Positions 10,331 to 21,562 are shown, counted from the stretch's first letter. The stretch is 64,000 nt of DNA from Cenarchaeum sp. (GCA_963692915.1 OY843584.1:256001-320000), one strand, 5' to 3'. Notes: generated from the sequence alone by a model not told the origin. Translations and numbers: made by a program.

Positions 10331-12217
10331 GTGCGAGGCCTCGCCGCGGCTGCCATTGTGGCCACAATCGCCATGGCCGCTGCGCCTGCAGCGCTGGCGC
10401 AGTCCGGCGGCGCGCCGGGACTTGAGGCACTAGTCTCCTGCGAGCCCAAGGGCACGCTCGTGGCGTTTGCCGCGTCTAGCGAGCCCTACAGGATAGCCCT
10501 TCGCTCCACTGACGCCGGGGGCGATGACGACGTGTCATTCTCGCTCCAGGTTCTCCGTGTCTCGCACTGGGCGGCGCGGGACGGTGCAGTGGGCGACGCG
10601 CAGGTTGCGCTGGTCGACCACGGCTACGGCATGGCCACAGTCACCGTGGACAGGTCTGCTGCCGGAGAGCGACTCGTGGAGGTTACTGCGTCTGGCGCGC
10701 GCGGCGAGTCGAGGGTCGTGTATCTCCTGCGCATCCTGCCCGCCGCCTCGACGGATCCTGGTGCCAACGGTGATCCGAGGGATGGCGAGGACGCGTACAA
10801 CTCCGAGCCCGAGCTAGAGGTGCTCCTCGGCGGCGTGCCGGTGCGGCATATAGACCTCGCCGAGTCGCCGGGTGTCGCGTGCCTGGAGCTGCGCTCGCCG
10901 GATGCCGAGGACGGTGCGGTGGCCTTTGCGCTCGAGACGCTCGAGACTGCGCCGCCGGATCCCATGGCGGGGGCTGGCTCGCTGCCTGTCCTAGTGAACC
11001 ACGGCGACGGGACGGCGATGATCATGGTGGACAAGTCCACCGCCGGCAAGCGCACAGTGGCGATCGCCGCTTTTGACGCGCACGGCGAGAAGTGGGACAC
11101 GTACTTGCTGCGCGTGCTCTCCGCTGATGCGGCCAGCCGACCGCAGGGCCACGCCGGCGGCCTCCCGCACGCAGTGGAGGGCAGGTCCGCCGTAGGCGCC
11201 CCGCTGCCGCCGCGCCTCGTTGCCCAGGCGCACCAGCCGATGTGTCCAGCCACGCCACACACCGAGGACACGTGGGGCGTGGACAGCCATAACTACAAGG
11301 ACGTGCGCAGGTTTGACTGGTCGGTGCGCCCCGCCATGTCAGGCGTGCCGCCGATAGAGGGCACGTCAATGATGAGTGCCGCAATCATTTACCCTGACGG
11401 CAGCCATCCCTATGAGGTCGGGGAGCGATCTTGGTGGGGATGCCACACGCGTGCGTCGTTTGGGACGGAGGTGCCACAATGGGTCATCCTGTGCGACGTG
11501 CCGGGAGACGATAGGGTGCACTACTATATGCGACACGTCACCGACTCGGACAGCTTTGAGGGGGCACGGTTGATAAACCCATACACAGGAAACAGGGCAG
11601 ACTTTGACGACAGACCTGCACGCACATATACCGCTGCTCCGGGACCACAATGGCTCAATCGTCATCATCACGCCAAGTCGACGTTTGACCCCTATGCGCC
11701 TGTTGACCCCGAAGTGTATCTTCCGGACAATGTGCTGTATATCAAGCAATATGACGAATTAGACTACATCTTCACCAAGGTTACGGGCACCTATTCGTCA
11801 GTGCCGGAGCTACTCCCGTTCTCTGGCAAGCTGGTGTTCAGGGCGACCGCATTCCACTCGGATGACGTGACGTTTCACATAGATGCGGGCAGATTCCTGG
11901 TGGCTCTGGAGGGGGAGTCACATGCGCTGGTGAACGGCACCCTGGCCCCGGTGAAAGTCCCTGAATTGGACAGAACGCAGTTCAACGTTAGTGTCAAGGT
12001 GTCTGACGTTGCGAAAGCCAACGACATCTACATCAGGGGCATCAATGATGACGAGCGCACGGCTGACGGGGTGGTCAGGGAGCTCCACGACATCATGCTT
12101 GTGGCAGAGATCCCTGTGTGGCTGTACAGCAGCAGATATGAGCCAATAGACCCAGCGTTTGCCATCGAGCCGTGGGGCTGCTGGCCGCTCCTCAACGGCA
12201 CGGCGTGGGTTCCCTAG
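10331..12217 (+). CDS. secreted/surface protein, paralog 2
   Basis: Colinear with 7931..9844; shared blocks such as WWGCHTRASFGT, GTYSSVPELLPFS, GTAWVP. Confidence 0.85.
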   Translation: MRGLAAAAIVATIAMAAAPAALAQSGGAPGLEALVSCEPKGTLVAFAASSEPYRIALRSTDAGGDDDVSFSLQVLRVSHWAARDGAVGDAQVALVDHGYGMATVTVDRSAAGERLVEVTASGARGESRVVYLLRILPAASTDPGANGDPRDGEDAYNSEPELEVLLGGVPVRHIDLAESPGVACLELRSPDAEDGAVAFALETLETAPPDPMAGAGSLPVLVNHGDGTAMIMVDKSTAGKRTVAIAAFDAHGEKWDTYLLRVLSADAASRPQGHAGGLPHAVEGRSAVGAPLPPRLVAQAHQPMCPATPHTEDTWGVDSHNYKDVRRFDWSVRPAMSGVPPIEGTSMMSAAIIYPDGSHPYEVGERSWWGCHTRASFGTEVPQWVILCDVPGDDRVHYYMRHVTDSDSFEGARLINPYTGNRADFDDRPARTYTAAPGPQWLNRHHHAKSTFDPYAPVDPEVYLPDNVLYIKQYDELDYIFTKVTGTYSSVPELLPFSGKLVFRATAFHSDDVTFHIDAGRFLVALEGESHALVNGTLAPVKVPELDRTQFNVSVKVSDVAKANDIYIRGINDDERTADGVVRELHDIMLVAEIPVWLYSSRYEPIDPAFAIEPWGCWPLLNGTAWVP

Positions 12218-12454
12218 GCGAGGGCGGCGAACATAGGGCGGCAACGGGTCTATGTGCGGCTTTCGCGCATGCCAGTCTGGCGCGCGATGCGAGATCATGC
12301 GTGCGGCCTGGGCAATGGCCCGGTGCCACACAGACTATTGCCCACGCGCAGACATGGTGCGCAGGCAAATGACTTGCCGTTGCGTGCCCGCAGGCGCATC
12401 TGCAATGGCCGAGATCAGAAACCATTTTATCACAAGCGGGACAATCTCTGCGCC

Positions 12455-13744
12455 ATGAACGCGACGGAGAGAATACTTGCGCGCGCCTCGGGAAGGGACT
12501 CGGTCTCACCTGGCGATGTCGTGTTTGCCAACGTTGATAGCGCAATGCTCCATGACGTGTCCGGCCCCGGCGTCATCAAGGTCCTCGAGCGCCTCGAAGG
12601 CGAGGGAATAGAGACGGGCAAGGTGTGGGACGCCGAGCGCATATGGGTCGCCGAGGACCACTTTGTGCCATCAGCCGAAAAGGCGTCCGCCGAGAACACC
12701 GCAAAGCTCTCGGCGTTCACCAAAAAGCACGGCATACGGCGCCACTTCAAGTACGGCCTCGGCCAGCACGGAATCTGCCACACAATATCGCACGAGGAGG
12801 CCATGGTGATGCCGGGCGACGTCTATGTCGGCGGTGACTCGCACACAAACACGACAGGCGCACTCGGCGCGTTTGCGTGCGGCCTGGGACACACGGACAT
12901 GGCATACGTCATACTCAACGGCCGGATATGGTTTCGCGTTCCCGAGACGATATACCTAAAGATCAACGGTACCCTGCCGGCCCACACCATGGCAAAGGAC
13001 GTCATACTGCGAATAATCGGCGACATTGGGACAGACGGGGCGACATACCGCACGATGCAGTTTGGCGGCACGGCAGTCGCCGCAATGTCCGTCGAGGACC
13101 GCCTCACGCTCACAAACATGACGACAGAGGCCGGCGCCAAGAACGGCATAGTCGAGGCAGACTCCAAGGTCGGCGAGTATCTCACGGCCCACGGCGCGCC
13201 GCAGGCGGCTGCGCGCTGCGGCGGCACGGAGGCGATCGAGCGGGCCGACGAGTCCTCATTCGCCGAGGTTCGCGAGTACGATGCCTCAGAGATCGAGCCG
13301 CTAGTGGCACGGCCATTCTCGCCGCAGAACGTCTCGACTGTGCGCGAGGCGCCCTCTGTCGAGCTCGACAAGGCGTATCTCGGATCATGCACGGGCGCAA
13401 AGATGGAGGATCTAGAGTCAGCGGCTCGCGTGATCAAGGGCCACACCGTGCGCATACGGACCGAGGTCGTTCCTGCTGCGATCTCGATATACAAGAGGGC
13501 ACTCGAGCGCGGGCTCATAAAGATATTCCTTGACGCCGGCGCTGTCATCGGCCCGCCGACGTGCGGCGCGTGCTGCGGCGCGCACATGGGCGTCTTGGGC
13601 AAGGGCGAGGTCTGCGTGAGCGCGACAAACCGGAACTTTCCCGGCCGCATGGGCCACGTAGAGTCGCAGACGTACCTGGCCTCCCCGATGGTGGTTGCAG
13701 CGTCTGCCGTCACGGGCCGCCTGACTGACCCGAGGGATCTATGA
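12455..13744 (+). CDS. homoaconitase / isopropylmalate isomerase family large subunit (archaeal type)
   Basis: DSHT, GSCT, CGACCG, TNRNFPGRMG, LASP. Confidence 0.9.
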   Translation: MNATERILARASGRDSVSPGDVVFANVDSAMLHDVSGPGVIKVLERLEGEGIETGKVWDAERIWVAEDHFVPSAEKASAENTAKLSAFTKKHGIRRHFKYGLGQHGICHTISHEEAMVMPGDVYVGGDSHTNTTGALGAFACGLGHTDMAYVILNGRIWFRVPETIYLKINGTLPAHTMAKDVILRIIGDIGTDGATYRTMQFGGTAVAAMSVEDRLTLTNMTTEAGAKNGIVEADSKVGEYLTAHGAPQAAARCGGTEAIERADESSFAEVREYDASEIEPLVARPFSPQNVSTVREAPSVELDKAYLGSCTGAKMEDLESAARVIKGHTVRIRTEVVPAAISIYKRALERGLIKIFLDAGAVIGPPTCGACCGAHMGVLGKGEVCVSATNRNFPGRMGHVESQTYLASPMVVAASAVTGRLTDPRDL

Positions 13745-14226
13745 TGCGGGGAATCACGACAAAGTACGAGCGCGACAATATCGACACTGATGTCATAATA
13801 CCGGGAACGTACCTAAAGGTCCACGACCACGCCGAGCTTGCCAAGCATGCCATGGAGGGACTCGATCCCGGCTTTCATGCGCGCATGGAGGGCCGCAGCC
13901 TCCTAGTTGCGGGGCGCAACTTTGGGTGCGGCTCGAGCCGTGAGCACGCGCCCATTGCGCTTGCCGGATGCGGGGTAAAGGCGATCCTCGCGCCGTCGTT
14001 TGCGAGGATATTCTACCGCAACTGCGTCGACGGCGCGTACCTCCTGCCCGTCGAGATCGGCCAGGACGCATACGAGTCGATCCTTGATGGCGACGAGCTT
14101 GACATTGACATGAAGGCGCGCCGCGTGACCAACGTGACGCGCAAGGCGGACTACGAGATGGCGCCAATCCCCGAGATCATATCCGGAATAATCGAGGCCG
14201 GTGGCCTCTTTAGGTACAAGGTGTAG
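13741..14226 (+). CDS. homoaconitase / isopropylmalate isomerase family small subunit (archaeal type)
   Basis: [29 protein letters not shown]. Confidence 0.9.
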   Translation: MMRGITTKYERDNIDTDVIIPGTYLKVHDHAELAKHAMEGLDPGFHARMEGRSLLVAGRNFGCGSSREHAPIALAGCGVKAILAPSFARIFYRNCVDGAYLLPVEIGQDAYESILDGDELDIDMKARRVTNVTRKADYEMAPIPEIISGIIEAGGLFRYKV

Positions 14227-14232
14227 CGGCGC

Positions 14233-15672
14233 ATGGCAGGCACCGGTGCGCCGAGGACGCTCTTTGGCAAGATATGGGACGCGCACACCGTGGCGCGCCG
14301 CGATGACGGCGCGGCGCTCATCTACATTGACCGGCACCTGGTTCACGAGGTGACCTCGCCGCAGGCCTTTGAGGGACTTCGCGAGTCCGCAAGGCGCGTG
14401 CGTCGGCCAGACCTGACGACTGCGACGATGGACCATATCGTCCCCACCGGTGACAGGTCGCTCCCGATGGTCGATGACACGGCAGTCGTGCAGATGCGCG
14501 CACTAGAGCGCAACTGCGCCGAGTTTGGCATCGAGCTCCATGGCATGGGCAGCGCAAGCCAGGGCATCGTCCACGTTATCGGTCCAGAGCTTGGCCTCAC
14601 GCTGCCCGGCTCTACTATTGTGTGCGGCGACAGCCACACGGCCACGCACGGCGCCTTTGGCGCACTTGCCATGGGAATCGGAACCAGCGAGGTCGAGCAC
14701 GTCCTGGCCACGCAGACGCTCTGGCTTGAGCGCCCGCGCGAGATGCTCATCGGCATGGACGGCTCGTTTGGAGACTCGCGCGCGATCACGCCAAAGGACG
14801 CGATACTCTCGCTCATACGCGAGATAGGTCCGGCCGGCGCGCGCCAGACTGCCATCGAGTACGCCGGCAGCGCGATATCCGAGATGTCAATGGAGGGACG
14901 CATGACTGTCTGCAACATGTCAATAGAGGCCGGCGCGCGGGCCGGCATGATAGCTCCGGACGAAAAGACATTTGAGCACGTGCGCGGCAGGCCGCACACT
15001 CCTGAGACGATCGAGTCACTCATAGAGTCATGGCGCGCAGAGCTGCACACGGACACTGGAGCCGAGTACGCCAGGGCACACTCGATCGACGTGTCGCGAA
15101 TCGCCCCGCAGGTCAGCTGGGGGACTGACCCCGGCATGACGTGCGACATCACCGAGCCGATCCCAACGCCTGCCGAGTTCTCGCGTGGGGATGACTCGCG
15201 TCGTGCTGCCGCCGAGCGCGCACTGGAGTATATCGGCCTGGACGCCGGCACGCCGCTTGAGGACGTGAAACCTGACAGGGTCTTTGTCGGCTCGTGCACC
15301 AATGCGCGCCTCGGCGACCTGCGGGAGGCCGCCGCCGCCGTGCGCGGCCGGCGCGTCGCTGACGGCGTTCGCGCCATGGTCGTGCCCGGCTCGCAGGAGG
15401 TAAAGAGGCGTGCAGAGGCAGAGGGCCTTGATGCGGACTTTGTGCGGGCCGGCTTTGAGTGGCGCGAGTCCGGATGCAGCATGTGCCTTGGCATGAACGA
15501 TGACATACTCGGGCCCGGCGAGCGCTGCGCGAGCACGTCAAACCGCAACTTTGAGGGCCGCCAGGGCGCGCGCGGGCGCACGCACCTGATGAGCCCCGTA
15601 ATGGCCGCCGCATCGGCCATCGCGGGGCACTTTGTCGACGTGAGGAAGTGGGAGCTCGTTGAGGCCGTTTGA
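14233..15672 (+). CDS. leuC: 3-isopropylmalate dehydratase large subunit
   Basis: [50 protein letters not shown]. Confidence 0.96.
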   Translation: MAGTGAPRTLFGKIWDAHTVARRDDGAALIYIDRHLVHEVTSPQAFEGLRESARRVRRPDLTTATMDHIVPTGDRSLPMVDDTAVVQMRALERNCAEFGIELHGMGSASQGIVHVIGPELGLTLPGSTIVCGDSHTATHGAFGALAMGIGTSEVEHVLATQTLWLERPREMLIGMDGSFGDSRAITPKDAILSLIREIGPAGARQTAIEYAGSAISEMSMEGRMTVCNMSIEAGARAGMIAPDEKTFEHVRGRPHTPETIESLIESWRAELHTDTGAEYARAHSIDVSRIAPQVSWGTDPGMTCDITEPIPTPAEFSRGDDSRRAAAERALEYIGLDAGTPLEDVKPDRVFVGSCTNARLGDLREAAAAVRGRRVADGVRAMVVPGSQEVKRRAEAEGLDADFVRAGFEWRESGCSMCLGMNDDILGPGERCASTSNRNFEGRQGARGRTHLMSPVMAAASAIAGHFVDVRKWELVEAV

Positions 15673-16249
15673 GCGCCTAGAGAGCGTCATCACGCCGCTC
15701 CCGAGAATCAACGTCGACACCGACCAGATAGTCCCAAAGCAGTTCCTGCGCCTCGTGCAGCGCTCAGGCTTTGGACAGTACCTGTTTCACGGGTGGCGCC
15801 ACGAGGGTGACGGCACGACGCCAGACGCGTCGTTTCCGCTCAACGATCCGCGCTATGCGGGCTCGCGCATACTGGTAACGGGGGAGAACTTTGGGTGCGG
15901 CTCTAGCCGCGAGCATGCCGTCTGGGCGCTACTGGACCACGGGTTTGGCGCAGTCATTGCGCCGTCGTTTGCGGACATTTTTGCGAGCAACTGCATAAAG
16001 AGCGGCCTCCTTCCAGTCACGCTTGCGCGCGACGCAGTGGATGCGCTAATGTCAACGACGGGCAGGGTTGCAGTGGATCTCGAGTCGCGCCTCGTCTCGG
16101 TTCACGAAACGGGCGAGTCGTGGACATTTGAGATCGGCGAGCACGCAAGGAGGATGCTCCTCGAGGGCCTCGACGAGATTGCAATGACGCTCATGCAGGA
16201 GGATGACATCGCCGTCTATGAGCGCGCACACGCCGTGCCGCCGACCTAG
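15659..16249 (+). CDS. leuD: 3-isopropylmalate dehydratase small subunit
   Basis: [36 protein letters not shown]. Confidence 0.96.
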   Translation: MRPFERLESVITPLPRINVDTDQIVPKQFLRLVQRSGFGQYLFHGWRHEGDGTTPDASFPLNDPRYAGSRILVTGENFGCGSSREHAVWALLDHGFGAVIAPSFADIFASNCIKSGLLPVTLARDAVDALMSTTGRVAVDLESRLVSVHETGESWTFEIGEHARRMLLEGLDEIAMTLMQEDDIAVYERAHAVPPT

Positions 16250-16998
16250 CCGGCAGCGCGCCGTCCGGTGCGCCGGGACATTCGCGCCGCTATGCGTTTT
16301 GCAGCAGCGGCATTGCGCTCTAGAATTACGGGTGACTCGACATCAAGCCATTCGGTCTTGCCAATGTCATATGCGCTAACGCCGCCAGAGGCTGCCATCG
16401 GCTGGAGTATGTCATACGAGAGGTCTACACGGGCAGCATCGCGCGACTTGCGGCGAACATTGCGCAGGACTGCGGCATCAAGGATGTACATGCCGAGGCA
16501 CTCGGACATTGGCAGGCTGACTGTTGGCTTTTCCCTAAACTCCTCGACTAGGCCGTCGCGAACGACGGCAAAGCCCGTCTCTTCCTTGCGTGTAGAGCGA
16601 ACCGCAACACACGCGCCGCGTGCGCTAGACTCATGGTGGCGCACCATTGCCCGTATGTCAAGGGCGCACAGGTTATCCGAGAACCACAGCAAAAACGCCC
16701 CGTCACCAAGCTCGGAGGCCGCGTGGAGGAGGTCGCCGGCAGTGCCGGCTGACGTTCCCTGCACGAACGAGACGGGGCATCCGAGCCTGGCGCGCTCTAG
16801 GTGGTTTCTGACCTGTGAGCCCTGCGCCTGCAGGTCGGCTATGACCACGATGCCGTCGACTGCGCGCGAGGCGCCGATGTGGCGCGCGATGAGCTCGACT
16901 ATGGGCCGCCCGCCAAGCGGCGTCATCGCCTTTGGAAAATAGTCAGTGTATGGCCTCCCGCGCGTTCCTGACCCGCCGGCCATTATGACGGCCTTCAT
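16246..16998 (-). CDS. sugar-phosphate nucleotidyltransferase family protein
   Basis: MAGGSGTRGRPYT...PKAM, GTAG, FREKP. Confidence 0.88.
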   Translation of the reverse strand: MKAVIMAGGSGTRGRPYTDYFPKAMTPLGGRPIVELIARHIGASRAVDGIVVIADLQAQGSQVRNHLERARLGCPVSFVQGTSAGTAGDLLHAASELGDGAFLLWFSDNLCALDIRAMVRHHESSARGACVAVRSTRKEETGFAVVRDGLVEEFREKPTVSLPMSECLGMYILDAAVLRNVRRKSRDAARVDLSYDILQPMAASGGVSAYDIGKTEWLDVESPVILERNAAAAKRIAARMSRRTGRRAAG

Positions 16999-17003
16999 GG
17001 CGG

Positions 17004-17453
17004 CTATCGGTAGGACTTTTGCTTGCGGCGCCTGGCGCCCTTGCCGCCGAACTTTTTGGGCTCCTTGCGCCTGGCGTCGCCGCTTATGAGGTACTTGTCG
17101 TGCTCGAGGATGCTCTTGCGCAGCTCGGCCCTCTCGGTCTTTGTGAGCGGGTGGTCCTTTGGCTCGTTCTTTGACTTTGTCCAGCCGACTAGCGCGCGCG
17201 ATATCGCCGTCGCCGCAGCGCCGGCCTGCCCCATAAACCCGCCGCCGTTGACGCGCACCGAGACGTCGATCTTGTCGCGCTTTTTGCCCGCTAGCCTGAG
17301 CGGCAGTAGGATCGTCTCGCGGGCCATCTCGTGTCCCATGAGCTCCACTGGAACGTTGTTGATTCGCACGCGCCCCTTGCCGCCTATGATGTGGACGTGT
17401 GCGCTAGCGGCCTTGCGCGTCGCAAAGTAAATTTCGGCCTTTGGCGTCGTCAT
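17004..17453 (-). CDS. rps9: 30S ribosomal protein S9
   Basis: GGGFMGQA, DARRKEPKKFGGKGARRRKQKSYR. Confidence 0.97.
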   Translation of the reverse strand: MTTPKAEIYFATRKAASAHVHIIGGKGRVRINNVPVELMGHEMARETILLPLRLAGKKRDKIDVSVRVNGGGFMGQAGAAATAISRALVGWTKSKNEPKDHPLTKTERAELRKSILEHDKYLISGDARRKEPKKFGGKGARRRKQKSYR

Positions 17454-17950
17454 TTCGTCCAGCCCACCGTAGTGCCGAGGTCTGCCATGCTCGTGTACCT
17501 CGAGTGCGCGCCGCGCACCTTTGCCTTTTCAAACTGTATCTTTTTGTGCGACTTTAGGGGACTCGGTGTGCCAATGTATGCGCGAAGCCTCTTGTGTGCC
17601 GTTATTCCCGAGGGCTTTTTCCTCGGTAGCATGCCGCGAACCATGCGCGTCATTATCGTGTCAGGCCGACGCGGGTGGAACGGGCCATGCTTTGGGTGGA
17701 GTATGCTGGCAATCTCGAGGAACTTGCGATACTCGCCGACAATGCTTGCCCTGCTGCCGCTTATCATTATGCGCTCACAGTTCACCATCGAGACCCTGTT
17801 GCCCTGGAGGAGGAGCTTTGCGACGTTGGATGCGAGGCGGCCTGCAATGTGGTCAGTTGCGTCCACGACTATCATGCCGCCGGGCTTTGGCGCGCCCACC
17901 GTCTCCTGCTTTGCCGCAGCGACGTCTGCTGCGCCTGCGGGACTATCCAA
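17450..17950 (-). CDS. rpl13: 50S ribosomal protein L13
   Basis: DATDHIAGRLAS, GPFHPRRPD, RMVRGMLP. Confidence 0.96.
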   Translation of the reverse strand: MDSPAGAADVAAAKQETVGAPKPGGMIVVDATDHIAGRLASNVAKLLLQGNRVSMVNCERIMISGSRASIVGEYRKFLEIASILHPKHGPFHPRRPDTIMTRMVRGMLPRKKPSGITAHKRLRAYIGTPSPLKSHKKIQFEKAKVRGAHSRYTSMADLGTTVGWTK

Positions 17951-18290
17951 GGAGCTTCACCCCAGTGCCTGCCGGATGCATCTCGGCTAGGCGCTCGATC
18001 GTGACGACGTCCCCGCCGGCCTCCCTGACCTTTGCGGCCGCCGCGCGCGAGACTGCAAATGCGCCAAGCGTCACGGCATGATCAATCCCGCCGGTCCCGA
18101 GAACCTTTCCGGGCACGGCGACGACATCGCTGGCCTTTGTGAGGCTTGCGATCTTGTTGACGTTCACGGTTCGGCGCGCGACTGTCGGCTTTAGGGCCTG
18201 TTCGGCCATGCGGGCCCATATGGGCGCGTCATTGCCGGCTGCTGCCTTTTTGAGGCGGCGGGCCATGTCGACGGTGTGCTGTGCTGTCAT
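17943..18290 (-). CDS. rpl18e: 50S ribosomal protein L18e
   Basis: APIW, VNVNKI, VPGKVLGTG; operon position. Confidence 0.95.
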   Translation of the reverse strand: MTAQHTVDMARRLKKAAAGNDAPIWARMAEQALKPTVARRTVNVNKIASLTKASDVVAVPGKVLGTGGIDHAVTLGAFAVSRAAAAKVREAGGDVVTIERLAEMHPAGTGVKLLG

Positions 18291-18808
18291 CTGCGAGACC
18301 CCTCCCTGGCCCAAATGTAATATACCTTGCTAGGCGTTGGGCATATGCGATCCACGCCTATCTGCCCATTTGGTCATATGGGCGTAATCCTGCCGATCTA
18401 CTTGCCCACTGCGGCGCCTGCCTAGGCATGATTGGGCAGGACGCTGACCTCATACCGTTGGTCTCGTGTATGCCCTAGACTTGGCGCTTGACCGGCTCTA
18501 GCACATGGTAGACTAGGGCGCCTGTTTTCAGTTCCAAGATGCTACCTGGACGTATATGGGAGGCTTGCCGTCATCTATATGCGGTGTGCTTGTGGCCGGA
18601 TCGGCCTGGGGTAGGTTCTAACCATGCCCATCTTCGGAGATATGATGGCGGCTTCGGCAAAGTGTGCGTGGAACTTCACACGCCCCTGCTAGAATGCCTG
18701 TGATGTGCGCGATGCCTGCCCTGGCTCGCACAATGAATTCTCCTAGCAGCTCGTAGAGAACAAAACCGCCTTTCATGTGATTTGTTCCTGCCTTATTTGA
18801 CCATTGGC

Positions 18809-21562
18809 CTAACCATTCACAATATCATCTAAATACTCATGCAGGCTATCTCGTACCTCTCCTTCAGTTTTTTCATAAATTTCCTTCCATTCCCACCTTC
18901 CAAATCTTCCGTCCTCGCTTACAGCATCAGTCCACAGATTGGCAAATGTGGCTTTCATCTTGTTACGTTCATCTTCATACCCTTTTATTTCCAATATTAT
19001 GTGGGTTCCATTAACAAGAACTACTAGAAAGTCTGGAAAGTACTGTCTTGTTGTCCCATCTACATCTCTATAGTCAATTGTAAACCCCACAGCACTATTG
19101 TTGCGTATATATGAAACAACATTTGGATTATTGTCCATTGCTTTTGCCACACTTTTTTCCCAACTGCTATCAAAAGTTGACATAATTGTATGCGTTTTTT
19201 TGGTTTTTATTGCTTTATGTTTTGGCACGTGTCTATGACGTATATCGTGTGTGGATCTAGTCTGACAATACGGATCAAGTTCTATGTTACTTTGTTTAGA
19301 AATTCTGCTGTTGTTTACTATTATTCGCCAAATGTGACGCACTATTGAACCCATATTGCATATGAGCAGACGTTTTTCTTCACTGCTATCTTGTGGTTTT
19401 TCATACTGGATAATTTTGTTATCTAGCGCTTCTCTTACAAGCACAGTAATGTGAGGAAATAATGTATGATCTTCTCCTTCAAACAATTCACGTTCTGTCT
19501 CGTATATTCTTGCAGCGGCTTCAAATATTATTGACTGCATTCTCACATTTTCATAATTTCCCTTAAACGGTATGTCTCCCGCTTTGCCAATAACCCTTTT
19601 TTGATCAATATCGACATTAAAAATTTCTGTCGGCGCTGTATTATTTGATATTGTTATGTGTTTTTCACCATTCCAATCGATTGGTTGGATGATCTTGGTT
19701 GTCCTTTTTGTAATACTGCCGATCACATTGGGCCACTCTATGGAATATTTTTTACGAGTAGGGTCGGGCGCAATCTCTATTAATAATATGGGGTCTACTG
19801 GTTCGCCTTTACCCTCTAGCGGCATTATCTGAAATGGGACACCTATCACAGTCACACGTTCTTCTGGAAACATGCCTTCTTCGTCTATTTCATATGACAC
19901 TCTTCTAAGCCCTCGTCCAATTACCTGTTCACATAATAACTGTGAATCAAATGCACGTAACCCCAGTATGTGTTGCACGTTCTTTGCGTCCCATCCTTCT
20001 GACAACATGTTGACTGATGTGATGTTGTTGACTAGAGCACCTGCTTCACCGTGCTTTCCCACTGTATTTATTTTTTGACGTAGGATCTCTGCATATTTCT
20101 TTTTATTGATTTCCCCATTTGTATCTGTGGGGATTTCTAACTGCTCTGCTATTTTTAGTGCTTTTATTGCCTCACTATCCATATGTATGGCAGTTTTCTT
20201 ATCATATATGTCTGTTCCAAATTTACCATTTTGTAATTCCGAGAACACACGTTCAGCCGTGTGCGTGTTATTACATATCGTTATGAATACTGGGGGTGCC
20301 GACCAGCCAATTTTTGATTTAGAATGTTTTATCCAATTTGTATGCTGTTTGTGCCATTCTGCTGCTAGCCGAGCATATTCTTTTCTGACCTGATCGGGAA
20401 GTGCAGATAGTTTCCCATTTTTTGGCTTGCTTTTATTGAGATCGCGTTCACATATTCGATACACTGATTCAGTTTTTGGGTTATTGCTGAATGGAACCAT
20501 GCCTGATCCGGGTTCTATGACGCCTCCTATCACAGGAGTTTTTACCAAGCCTGATTCTATGGCATCCATGAATCCAAAATCTGAAATTATCCATCCGAAC
20601 ACTCTGAACTTTGGATTTGGCCTAAATGGTGTTGCGCTAAAGTCATGACATCGTAAAATTCCTCCCGCGTCGTGTATCTCATCAAGTCCCTGCATCCATT
20701 TTGCGTCGTCCCCACCAATGTCTCGCCATGCGTGATGCCCTTCATCATTTATGACCAGTATTTTGCCTTCATATTCAAATCCTAAAATGCGTGTCGCAAA
20801 TGCTTTTGATGTTTCACGTCCTTTTTTTGCATATACCACTTGTTTACCAGTATCGTCTTGCAGCTTAAATTTGTGCCAATTGCATATTGCAATTTTCATT
20901 TCAGATAGGGTGCCACGATATCTATTGGGAATTATGTCAAATTCTTCATATATCTCATTTCGGAGTGTTTGAAGCCGTTCATATATTGTTAAATTTGGGG
21001 CGATTACTAAAAATTTGTTTGTAAATCTTGGATCCTTTGAGTTTTGCCAATAATTTATTGTTTGCCAGGCAATTAACATTCCCATCACGACTGTTTTGCC
21101 GGTTCCTGTGGCCATCTTCGAACACCACCGTTCAAACTCACCACCATCTCCTAAACGAAGCTTTTTTCGCTCGTCATCGGTGGCAATCTCTGCGAGCCAA
21201 ATTATTGTCTCTATTGCTTCAATTTGGCACCAGAAAAACTTCATATCTCGATTTCGCTGATTTTCATTACTAGTCCAATATTCTAACAACCGTCGTGTAG
21301 CTACTGTCGTTCCGCTATATCGAAATGCTCCGTTTTTTCCATTTCTCCACGATGATACTTTTTGGCGTATGTGGTTGACTTGTTCTAATTCTACAAATGT
21401 GATCTCCTGAGAGCGTTTCTTACTGCCGGCTTTCATCCGTACATATCCTGCATTCCGTCGGATTGGTTTTTGTTCATATTGTCCATTTTTTAACATAGCC
21501 CAATGTTTATTGGGCTCAACAAATGGACTGCAGATTACCATTCTATCTATCATTATATTCAC
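18809..21562 (-). CDS. res: Type III restriction enzyme Res subunit (SF2 helicase plus PD-(D/E)xK nuclease)
   Basis: KMATGTGKT, INDEGHH, SATP, LSEGWD, QVIGRGLR, C-terminal YFPDFLV...ILEIKG; GTGA overlap with the mod stop; AT-rich. Confidence 0.92.
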   Translation of the reverse strand: MNIMIDRMVICSPFVEPNKHWAMLKNGQYEQKPIRRNAGYVRMKAGSKKRSQEITFVELEQVNHIRQKVSSWRNGKNGAFRYSGTTVATRRLLEYWTSNENQRNRDMKFFWCQIEAIETIIWLAEIATDDERKKLRLGDGGEFERWCSKMATGTGKTVVMGMLIAWQTINYWQNSKDPRFTNKFLVIAPNLTIYERLQTLRNEIYEEFDIIPNRYRGTLSEMKIAICNWHKFKLQDDTGKQVVYAKKGRETSKAFATRILGFEYEGKILVINDEGHHAWRDIGGDDAKWMQGLDEIHDAGGILRCHDFSATPFRPNPKFRVFGWIISDFGFMDAIESGLVKTPVIGGVIEPGSGMVPFSNNPKTESVYRICERDLNKSKPKNGKLSALPDQVRKEYARLAAEWHKQHTNWIKHSKSKIGWSAPPVFITICNNTHTAERVFSELQNGKFGTDIYDKKTAIHMDSEAIKALKIAEQLEIPTDTNGEINKKKYAEILRQKINTVGKHGEAGALVNNITSVNMLSEGWDAKNVQHILGLRAFDSQLLCEQVIGRGLRRVSYEIDEEGMFPEERVTVIGVPFQIMPLEGKGEPVDPILLIEIAPDPTRKKYSIEWPNVIGSITKRTTKIIQPIDWNGEKHITISNNTAPTEIFNVDIDQKRVIGKAGDIPFKGNYENVRMQSIIFEAAARIYETERELFEGEDHTLFPHITVLVREALDNKIIQYEKPQDSSEEKRLLICNMGSIVRHIWRIIVNNSRISKQSNIELDPYCQTRSTHDIRHRHVPKHKAIKTKKTHTIMSTFDSSWEKSVAKAMDNNPNVVSYIRNNSAVGFTIDYRDVDGTTRQYFPDFLVVLVNGTHIILEIKGYEDERNKMKATFANLWTDAVSEDGRFGRWEWKEIYEKTEGEVRDSLHEYLDDIVNG

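Noticed and set aside
8860-12217. Diversity-generating retroelement (template/variable repeat) explanation for the paralogs
   Set aside because: Differences are not adenine-specific, they include indels, and no reverse transcriptase is in the window.
18330-18800. Degraded gene or attachment site next to res
   Set aside because: Only short interrupted frames, and I found no direct repeat matching the other island end.
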